Below are positions 24,744 through 35,102 of a DNA stretch of 64,000 bases, one piece after another. Origin of the DNA: Callorhinchus milii (Eukaryota); contig NW_024704743.1 of NCBI RefSeq assembly GCF_018977255.1, forward strand, positions 39,496,001 to 39,560,000, written 5' to 3'. The position numbers were made by a program, and so were the translations under genes. The notes beneath the pieces were generated by a model. It was given only the letters and a program-made list of their open reading frames with translations. It did no database searches and was not told the DNA's origin. Each line of letters begins with the position of its first letter. Positions within the stretch are counted from its first letter, which is position 1.

Positions 24744-24989
24744 TGTACAGGAGTCTGCAGGACTCTGATAGAAATTGTATTCATCTCCACAAGTTATGGC
24801 ATTTTTTTTAAAGAAGTTGATACGATGTTTTTATTAAAACAACTCAGCAATATGAAATTTGTGGGTCTAATTTGTGGTATTTCAGAATGGAATTCCTTAA
24901 ACCAAACCCAATACAATTCTAGTTAACCCATGGGAACTGGAAAATATGAACAAATGGGTTATTTTAGTTTGTATGTTCACTGTTTTTAC

Positions 24990-25230
24990 TGGCTACTGGC
25001 TTGTTGAAGTGAGAAAAAGAGTGATGAGTTTTGAGGAGCAACATAGCATGAAGGAAAGACACAAGAGATGGAAGGACCGGCAATGTCAGCGCAATCAACA
25101 GGAGACTGCTCTCACCAGAAATGTAGCTATGTATGGCCCGAGGCCATAGTCATCAACCTATCCAGCTACCATGAACTCATGCTCTCTTCATTGGTGACAC
25201 CATCATCCTTGAGTATGTGGGAAACACTAC
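24990..25230 (+). mobile_element. Decayed RTE-clade LINE 3' end
   Basis: W..EVRKRVMSFEEQH...ERHKRWKDRQ, then a decayed C..C.....I.L.SH.RTH-like segment and a CATCATCCTTGAG-type tail, as recalled for RTE C-termini. Confidence 0.45.
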
Positions 25231-25987
25231 ACATTATTCTCCAATCATTAGGTTTCACAAATAATTTGTATTCTTAAAAGTAAACTATTGCATTGTTAAA
25301 AAACATGACATAAATTTGAGATTAGGGTTATTTATAAATGCATAAATACATAAGGACAAATCTGTAGCTACGGACTGGGAGCCTAATCTGCCATGTGATG
25401 TTAATAGTGGGGAAAGTATGGTACAAGGAGATATTAAGCAGTGTTCTTGTGTTGGTGGTGGCTCATTCTGTCCTTTAGCTCCTTGACTACCTTTTAGAGT
25501 TGGAAGGAATTTTTCAGATGGATTGTTTTACAAGATCACAGGATTGATTCATCTGAAGAAAGCCCTTCAGCCCATTTGACCTCAACCATCCAGAACAGCC
25601 ACTCTACCATCCTCCCATCATAACACCAACTGTTTCTGAAATGAGCAACCTACTAAAATACAGAACCAAATAAATTGAGTATTCATAATATAATTTAATA
25701 AGATAATTCAATGGTAATCTTTTCTATTTCATTTGCAATATCTTATTGTTACTGCAATTTGTTGTCTCCTCATGCTACAATTGATTGTGGATAATGAACA
25801 AAAAGTCTTGTAGAAGCTTACACCTCTGTGTTTTTCCCTTGGGTAAATTCATTGCAATTGGTGCCTATTGAAGGAACATAACCATATCTCATTATTCACT
25901 GACTGACATGCCTGTTGTGGGAAGCAATTCATTTCCATTTTGAAGCTTGATTCACTCCAATCCTACAGCATTTTCATCTGAATTCTG

Positions 25988-26445
25988 CAATAACAATAAC
26001 AAAATTACATTTGTGAAGTGCCTTTCACGTCGGGAGGATGTCCCAAAGCACTGAACAGTTGTGGGTCAGGACCCAAGCGTGGGGGGGCAGAGTTGGGATG
26101 AAGGAGGGCGGAGAGGTAGGAGGGCGGCTGAAGGCAGGGGTGGAAAAGGAGGGTCTTGAGTTGTGCCTTGAAGGAGGCAAGGGAGGGAGCAAGGCGACTG
26201 GATTGTGGGATGGAGTTTCAAAGGGTGGGGGCAGAGAGGCTGAAAGCCTGGCCGCCGATGGTAGGGTGGGTTGACGGGAGACATGGAGCAGGACACAGCC
26301 TGCTGAGCGGAGGGAGTGGACAGGTTGATAGGGGGTTAGCATTTCAGAGAGGTAGGAGGGCCTTGAAAGTGAGGACGAGGATTTTGAATTCTATCGTCTG
26401 AGGGATGGGGAACCAGTGGAGCCAGGTGGGGGTGATGGGGTCACT
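25988..26445 (-). mobile_element. L2 LINE 3' fragment
   Basis: LHWFPIPQTIEFKILVLTFKAL...LTPYQPVHSLRS...TIGGQAFS; tail as in the other L2 copies. Confidence 0.92.
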
Positions 26446-27282
26446 ACATTCCTATAAGTGGAAAACGTACCACATAAACAGAATGCAAAGATCTGCGAAG
26501 CTCAGAAACAAAAACAGGTAGGATTGGGAACGTCTTCAATCAGGCCACGGAAAGCAGAGTTTGTTTTTATTTGACCAGCTCGTTGTTTAAAAATATTTTT
26601 TCAATATTAAAAAAAGTTGAAATTATAGATCTATTCTAGCAATCAAAAATCAAAACCATGATTTGCTCACTACAGTAAAAACAAAAAGGCATTGATGCAG
26701 TTCTGGAAGGAGTTTGGACGGAAAAAACATTCTCCTGAAGTTAGGGAATGTTCAAACCTAAACCTATTATTAGGGATAGGATTTGGGACACATTTTGAAT
26801 CTGTATTTCTGTACTTTGATTTAACTATCACCAGTAATAATTTAGGATAAGAATGTGTTTAGAATTATCATACGTTTGATTACCCAAGGTTACTATGCAG
26901 TGAGTTTTGTGATATTTGATAATCTGTGGTGCAGTGTGTGTGAATTTCAATCAACAGTTAATGGCTGGTTTCAGGTCAGAATATTTCTGCTCTCATATCT
27001 CACTTTTTTTGTATCAGATCAGAGTCAGCACCTGCAATTGTCTTGCTGAGTTTAACTAGTTTCCTACATTTTAGATTCCTACGTAGTGATTCCACAATCA
27101 CTAATGTGGAGTTTGGAAAACTTTGGGAGGTGGAGCATAAAATATTGGTGCATTGACATTTTAAATTCTATTTGGATTATAATTTTTATGGCATTTCATA
27201 ACACATTCAATCTATAATTATCACATTGGATCTGTTATAAAATGTTGTAAAATTACCTCCAAAACATGAAACTTGCTGACAC

Positions 27283-27640
27283 ATGTGTTCAGCTTTGCTC
27301 AATTGTTTACACTCTCACTTCTATGTCATATGGTTGTGGGTTCAAGCTCCAAATTGAGGACTTTAAGCTTTAAACATTCAGACTGACATTCTAGTGCAAT
27401 GCTGCGGTAGTGCAACATCACAAGAGGTGCCGTCCTTCAGCTGAAGTGTTAAATTACCATCCTATCTGTTCAGATGGATGTCAAAGAACCCATAATACAG
27501 TTTGAAAATCAAAGCAAGTTTCTCCACATAGGGTGATCTTCACCTCCTGTTTTTCTGTGGGCCTTTGTTGCATATGCACAAATTGAATCATGTGTTTGGT
27601 TACAAAATCCACGATTATTTCACTTTATACTTTTTGGGAG
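27283..27640 (+). mobile_element. Old SacSINE1-like DeuSINE
   Basis: GGTTGTGGGTTCAAGCTCC...GAGGTGCCGTCCTTCAGCTGAAGTGTTAAA...GGATGTCAAAGAACCCAT. Related decayed copies lie at 29740-30090, 41000-41325, 42120-42370 and 56065-56205. Confidence 0.75.
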
Positions 27641-28095
27641 GTCTTTTTGGTGTCTGAAACATGCAGAAATGCATCACAGTGCTTAAGGGTATCGAAATCC
27701 AAAATAAACTGAGAGTTCCATGCCTCCCACCTAAATGTAGAAATTTCAGATATATTTATTCCAAAGATGTCTATTTATTGAAAAAGAATGTGCACTCTCT
27801 CCCTGGAGGAACACATCCTGCTTACCTAATTCCAGAAAGTATTAGGTGCAGGTTGATAAGAATCAAAGTTTGGGGACCCCAGAGTGTGCGTTGGGGTACT
27901 GCTGAAATGTAACCAGCTTTCACCACATTGCTTGCCATTGAGAGCACTGCTCTCAATGGCAAAAAAACAGAATGACAGAAAAACAAGCTTTCCCACTGCT
28001 TGTCCACCGAGGACCAACGTAGCTGTTAGGGCTTTGGCTTGTATGGTTAATGGGATCTGAGTGGGATGATTCCCTGCCCACAGTGACTTGTCTGC
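27630..28095 (-). repeat. Family X copy 3
   Basis: Reverse complement CCCACTCAGATCCCATTAACCATACAAGCCAAAGCCCTA...GGACAAGCAG...CAGCAGTACCCCAA...GATACCCTTAAGCAC...CAGACACC. Confidence 0.75.
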
Positions 28096-31000
28096 CCATT
28101 GATTTTATATCAGTTGCTATAAAGCACGGTGAGATGCTTTGACATTATAGGCACTATATCAAATTATTAGATTGTTCATTTACAACACATTTTAATTCCT
28201 AATTAAAATAGGAATGGAATCGCACTGAAACAGGTGGAAAGTTTATTTCAGGAATTTTTCTGTGTCCTCTCCAATCCACTCCAAACTTGTAGCAGTTTCA
28301 TCTAATCTTTTAAAGTCTGGTAAGATTTCATGGAATAGAACAATGAATAGTTTATAGATCTTATAAAGAGAAAACTACAATACTGACAAAATTGTGAGAA
28401 GTGCCATGTGAGATATTTTTCACATGATGAGAAAAGTTTGGGAGCAAAAAGCCAAGATTTCTGTTGGCAAAGTGCATCAAAAAAATAAAGCATGCAAAGG
28501 TTGCAAATATTTAACCATTATAGCTTGCATTCTTGAGTGGTTTGATTGGGTGCTATTATTGCAGAGTTTTACGTGCTCATGGTGTGATTCAGGGATTATG
28601 TGCGTAGTGCTGGTCTGGATTTGACATTTCTGTTATCTGTGATGCGTTCTTACATAAAACAGAACGTGTCTGCTCCCTGCTGGTTTCCGTACACAACCAA
28701 ATGTCTTGAATTTACAATGGCATGGGAGAGAATAAGAATTTATGCTTCCATGACTCCCAGCAAATACTTTGCATATTTTATCGAAATAAATAATGCCTTC
28801 TGGTCATCAACACAACACACTTACTCAGGCACCTTCCTCACTGCAGTTAGATCTGCTCCATCTGTCTGCTCAGTTCAGGTGCTATTTTTCTTTTGGGATC
28901 TAATATGCAATGGTTTGTAATGGGAGCCTGAATTGCAAATCATGACACCTGTTGGTAACCGGAAGCACACTTCATTCCAATCTGTGGGAACTCCGTTCTG
29001 ACACTTGCAATTATTGGAAATCCCGTGGTTCAACATGACATTCGGGATTACAGTTGGGAGGTCATCGTTTGCGACTAAAAATCCTGTAAACAATCACTGT
29101 ATTTTAGACTCCAGTGGAATACATGATCTGACGTTTCACACTGTTTCCTTTCCAATAGTTTTACAACATTGAGAAAATACTTAAGGGCAAAGTTTCTGAA
29201 CTCTCAACTCTTTTTCTGATGAGGGACTCTCTTGCGCTTCCCTTCTTTCCCACAGTTTAAAGCTACTGACAGTGTGGCTGTTCACCAGATGATCCTTAAC
29301 AAGAACTAGCTTCCGTATTGTTTTTGTAAGTGCTCTGACATGTGGGGATTTACAATAATTCCACTGCAGGACACAGAGCATGTTTTTGTATTTGGCTCTG
29401 GAAGCAATCATCTGTTCCTGTGCTTTAGTTGCTGAAGTCGCACTACTTGTTCATACATGCCATCGAACTGACACTTTGAAATGCAAACAGCTTGCTGTAA
29501 TATGTTGAGCAGCTTGCATGGTGGGAAATTCCTCACTTATTTGATTTTAAATAGTGAGCAGTGAATTCTTATGACTTCCAACCTCTATACCCTGTTGGTG
29601 TAATCATTCTTCTCTACGCTATAATTACTTAAGGAATACGACTGTTGGATTTTCAAATTAAAACTATTTAACTCAGGGACAATGGGAGGAAATTACAACT
29701 GGCAGTAATTTTAAATCCACTTACTGCCATAAAAAATTTATAGTTCAGACATCAGCATTAATGTGGAATACTTTAATATCTGCTCCCAAGGTCTGAGATT
29801 TGTTTTGTTGGTGTATTGAAATGTAATATGAGTAATTATTATCCAGTTGTATGGACATGGGAATTTGATTGCAAAAGAAAATTGCTCCTGGCGTCCAGGC
29901 CAATATTCCTCAACATTCCTCAAATAAGTTAGTCTTCACGCAATGACTATTTCTTGGACATTACTGTCTGCAAGTTGGCTGTTGTGTTGGCCTACAAATA
30001 CACAGTCCTTTACTTGAAAACAATTCCCTGTGAAATATCTTGAGATGTTTTGATATTATAGACCAAATGCAAGGATTATTATTATTATAGTTCTATAAGA
30101 TGTTTTGAAACAACTGACTCTAGCAATATTGAATATGCTTGATATATGTCAATTTCCACTCTCATTTTCACCCTGCCCTCATTTTGCCCCTACCCTCAAC
30201 CCTCCCTGATTCCGACCCCCAGCTCGGCTCCGAAGCACTGTCTGTCCAGTGCCTTGGTACATTCTCCCGACATGAAAGGCGCTATACAAATCTAATTTTG
30301 TTATTGTTGCTGTTGTATGTATATATATATATATATCATGCTGGTTGACCCGGCTCTACTCTACTTTATAATAGTTCCTCTCCACTTTTTACCAGGTTCA
30401 TGGCGTCCTCATTAGGTCTAAGCCTAAATGCCTATTAAAAATTTTTTTGAAAAGAAGATATTTATGACAACATTGCAGGATATTTCTGTGAACTTGGTAG
30501 GTGACATAACCAGAATGCAAATAAAGACTAAAGAATGTTTGAATAAAACAGATAGTAGCAAAGAACAGAGGTCAGATTGGTTGCAAAGGAATTTATAACA
30601 CTCTCTATTGTCATGGTATAATTAGGGATTTTCTTTTGCTGCTGGCACATATTCACAATGTCTCAGATTGTGTGAAGGTGTCTGATATTGTTATGCTTAC
30701 CCACTAATTTTCTTGTATCAATACGGAAATGTGAAGCCGCAGATAAATTATTCTTTAAATAACTCAGCTTTATTGCCCCTTGCTATGTGCAAGTGCTTCA
30801 GAGGTGAGCAAATGAGCATGCAGAAGCCAGGGCTTGTTGTGGACTAGGGAGAGACGGGCTATGAGTATGAATTCATAGCGAAGTCATTACAACAGTGTGC
30901 ACACATTAAAAGGGATAGTTGCTAACACTTAGTTGATGGTACCTTTAGGATTGCATGGACAGTCTCACAGGAATCATGTCAGATCTGCAGGATTATCCAC

Positions 31001-31653
31001 CTCCTCATACTGGCCGAGCATTGCACTACAGCATAAAAAGCTATTATTAAGCACCACTTGATTGATTTATAACAGTAGTTCAAAACTAGTGGATTATTTG
31101 TCAACCTTAATTGTAGATTATGACACTTCTAGAATCTGCCAAATATCACAGACTAAGATCCTGGTTCCTTTTGCTGATTTACTGCTGTCTGTGGCATCTG
31201 TGCTTTTACTAATACTGGATTGTTCTCAAGTTGATCCATACAATTAGTGCTGTTCAGTGTGAAGCACACTGCAGCAAACTATCCCATGTGTTAGGTGAGA
31301 TAAAAACATTGTGAGTAGTTGGTAGTATCAGCTAAAGAGTATGATGTTCCCAAGCAAGGAGTCCTGGATCTCAATCCCAAGTCTTTCACTGACACTGAAA
31401 TGCAATTATCTGCAGATGATCATTTTATCTGGCACTGGGTGTATTTAGGTCATTAGAAAGCAACATATTTTCTTTGTTTGCATCCTCCATCCATTTTAGT
31501 TGCACAGAACCATTCCAATAGAACTGTTCAAATATTTTTCTCAGTCACCAAAGAAGTTTTCTTGTTCATTCAAAAATCCTTACATCTTTGTGTCTTTCTT
31601 CTTTTTCTAAGCCAAGAGGAATAAGAAATCGGAAACCTTTGATTAGAATGTAG

Positions 31654-32499
31654 TGTTAGAAAATAAAATCTTCTTTTCGAGTTCCAATCAAACACAACCA
31701 CTGTTTGCAACCAGAGTAGTGTTTATTAAACTCCAGGATCCGTCCAAGTTCCCGATGGGCGTGGGCAAGTAAGCAGAATCAATCAATTTATTAACAGAAC
31801 AATACTACCGCGTAATTCCTCCTCGTGGTCGTCTACTTCTGTCTTCTAGCTCTCAGTCTTCCAACCACGGTAGGTACTGTCCTGGGTGCGCTGATCTTGG
31901 TCTGGCACGGTGTCTTAAGCTTGTGTCCATCCAATCATGGTGCGGACATTAGGTTACCTGGCCAAAATCAAGCTGGGTTCACGTGAACACCTCATGGGGT
32001 GTACGTGCCTCAACACACATACACATTGTCCTTAATTGTCTAAGATAGAGGATTGATCAGTTTAGGGTTGTATCTGGTGCTCATTATTTTGTGGTGTGGG
32101 ATCATTAGTACATTCCTTTTAAGTGACTGGTTATTTCTTATCAGTATCCCGGGATGGTACCAAGGTCCTCCAGTTTAAGCAACTTGCTCATTAATTGCTA
32201 TTCTTGAGGGTTGCCTTCTGTCGGTTGGCAGGCCAAGTCAGAATCTAGCGACTTATTGCTCAGTAGAGATCCTGTGTCGACTGGTACCTTGGACCGTTAC
32301 CTCTGTGGGCTTGTTGTCATTTACTGATAAGAGGTGACCCCAAGCTTCTGTCCGTTATTCTTTCAAAAACAGAGAAAACCAGATGAGTCCTATCCCATGA
32401 CTGGGATAGTCCAGTTGCCCCCACACTTAACTTAAAAGTTAACCAGTTCGCAACATCTATTGTGATTCTAACATTATACAAAAAGTGTAAATTCTAACA
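31654..32499 (-). mobile_element. Solo LTR (846 bp) of an ERV or Gypsy-type element
   Basis: Termini TGTTAGAA...TTCTAACA (8-bp inverted repeat, TG..CA); 4-bp TSD GTAG at 31650-31653 and 32500-32503; minus-strand AATAAA at 31722-31727 and 31787-31792; more CpG than the flanks; no ORF. Confidence 0.8.
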
Positions 32500-32502
32500 G
32501 TA

Positions 32503-32851
32503 GCAATACTGTGGCTTAGTGGTTAGCGCATTCGCCTTGCTGGCGAGAGAACCCGAGTTCGATTCCTGGGCACGGCAAAACCTTTGGCAAGTTTCCTTAC
32601 TCCACACGCCTCTGTTTACCTAGCAGTAAGTAGGAACCCAGTTGTTAGTCGATTGGCAGATTGCTTTCTGGCGGTAAAAACAAATGTGTTCACACAACTC
32701 ATGACTGTTTGTCGGACACTGCCGCGTTTCACCCACAAAAATACATAATCAATCCAGTTTACACTACATATTCTGTGAAGTGCTTTGAGACATCTCAACA
32801 ACATGATAAAGCGATATATCAAATGCAAGGATTATTATCAGTATTATTATT
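32503..32851 (+). mobile_element. tRNA-derived SINE, longer subfamily
   Basis: A-box TGGCTTAGTGG, B-box GAGTTCGATTCC, extra block CTCTGTTTACCTAGCAGTAAGTAGGAACCC, Deu-like block, tail TATATCAAATGCAAGGATTATT. Confidence 0.9.
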
Positions 32852-33359
32852 AAATCTAATCAACATGATGACACAGAATAGCGGAACATCAACACAACTC
32901 ATCACAGAATAATAGGCTTCAAGTCATTCTCATTTACCCCCTCTTGTCTGGGTCACACTGAAATCCGTGGAATTTAGGCGCAGGTCATCTTCCCAGCTTC
33001 TTGATCACATTTTTTTGTGGTCATTCATGTGTCTGCCACACACATCAGTCTCTGGGTGATAAGAGTGGGTGGAGGTGTGGGATGGGGTTGGGGGAGGCGT
33101 TGTGCGGGAGGGGGTTGGTGGGGGGACAGTGTAGGCACTAACATTGATCTTCGAAACTTATTTGGAAGAACCATCTTTTCCTTGAGTCTTTCGCTCTGTA
33201 AACATATATGGTTATGAATGCAGTTTTATCCTTCACTTCAAAGGAAAAAAAGGTTTTGATGTTCTGCATTAATAACAAATTAATAAACTATGCTTGACAA
33301 CTTAGAGTATGAAAAACTGTAGCAATTACATAAGTTTCCTTATGTGCTGCCACTCACTT

Positions 33360-33720
33360 CTTCTGAGGAAAGAAGGGGCTACAATGATGCACAAGATATT
33401 CTCTGTGTGATGGAGATGACAGTAGAGATCATTAGTGATATTGTGGGGGAGAAAGTTGGAATTTTTGCTTTCAAATTAATGCTGGCGATATTTATTGCTT
33501 TGTCTCAAGGTCTTGGGCCTGATCAGTTAGCAAATTTCTTTCTAGCTGAGGAGCATAGATTTTGTCCCTCCTCAGCAGTCAAAAAGATTGGCGTTGAAAG
33601 TGTATTTGAAAGCAGACAGCTGAGAAGTGCAATGATTTGGGGAGACTTCGAGAAAACAAGGGCAAAATGGCTGAAGGTAACACATCAATAGTGGGGGAGA
33701 GGGGGTGGGGGAAGATTATG
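33360..33720 (-). mobile_element. Very old L2 fragments
   Basis: Reverse strand resembles AFS..AP..W.SLP.SL......FK..L...LF and LSF.P.I......FHL.NI; the plus ORF 33344-33691 is its shadow. Confidence 0.5.
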
Positions 33721-33804
33721 CAGAAGGGCTGAATTGTTGGAGCGCGTGTAGGACCAGAGCAACAGGCGGATGGAGCAATGGCGTGAGCTATTTGAAAGTT
33801 AGAA

Positions 33805-33912
33805 CATGGGAATTTCCATGAGTAGGTGGCATACATGAAACCCTCATTGTGGTTTGAATACTCTTAAGCACAGTGATGGGTTTCCATAGACACCCAGCTT
33901 ACTAAAAAAAAA
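33805..33912 (+). repeat. Family X 3'-end fragment
   Basis: AATTTCCATGAGTAGGTGG...GGTTTGAATACTCTTAAGCACAGTGATG...GACACCCAGCT followed by an A-run. Confidence 0.65.
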
Positions 33913-35050
33913 GTACAAGGATCATAAGGTCAATCCACTGGGGAAGAGGGAGCCAGCAGATCCCGTTGAGGGTGGAGGTGATAGGCTCGTGGAGCTTGGT
34001 ACAGGAGAAAATATGGGCTGTAAAGTTTTGGGCAGTGGGATTGAAAGCACAGCTTGCTCTGAGTGCCTGTGTGGACTCAATGGGCAAAATGGTCTCCTTC
34101 TGCACTGTATAGTTCTATGATTTGGAGCTTTTCTAGGGTTGATTGGGGAAGACCAACATAGTGATGATTATGTGATTAAATGAGTAGGTTATAAATGCTA
34201 TGTACAAAATTGTAAGAATTATTACATGACGTTATTGGTTTTGCTTTATAAATTTTTTTCCCCATCTGTATGCAAATGGTAGAGAACAACTCTGCCAAAC
34301 ATAAAGAATTAAGTTTAAGCATTCCAAGCAAGTTCAAGACCTTCTGTTGCCCAGAGTGACAGATGAAGCAGCTTGCCTGGTTTACAGAACATATCTATAA
34401 CCTTTGGATCATAAAGCATGTGCATGCGTGTGAATGAGGAAACTATTTTCTTTGGTTCAGGCCAGTTGCCAGGCCCATTGGGTCTGAATTATTATTGGCT
34501 TCATCTTCAACCTGTTGAAGCACTTAGCTGGCCAGGGATCTGATGCTCATGCGGATGTTTCCCAAATTGCGGATAATCACATAAACCATGTAGCTCTTTG
34601 TCAATTATGCTACTCACACAACAGAAAAAAAGGCCAGGCCACTGTTTTATTTTTTTGGTTAGCTGGTTGTTGGTCTGACACCTTCGGAAACATGCTTACA
34701 AGTATCCAAACCAAGCTGCTGGTTTACATTAGAGAGGTTGAAGGTGGAGTCAGTGAACCCAACACAAGAGAGGTTCAGATGAAGATGGCCTTTTGATCTC
34801 AATCTTCTACAGTGCCTTTACTACAATTCATCTATTAAAACTTAACTCAAGTTTCAGCCATAGTAGACTGCAAGAATTTACATTTCGTAACAGGGATCAG
34901 CATTAATTTGAACCTAGTTTACTACATAAGAAGGCAACAGGACATGAGGTCACGCGTTTAAGATTCTGATTTCTTCATTCAGACTCAGGTGTTAGTTTCA
35001 GAATTGAATTGTTTCCTCTCAAACTTAATTTAAACATTTTGTTGTGTTAA

Positions 35051-35102
35051 CTTGATACAATAGTATGGTCCAATTGACATAGGACCATACTATTGTATCA
35101 AG
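35051..35102. repeat. Perfect 21-bp inverted repeat with a 10-nt loop
   Basis: CTTGATACAATAGTATGGTCC-AATTGACATA-GGACCATACTATTGTATCAAG. Confidence 0.95.
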
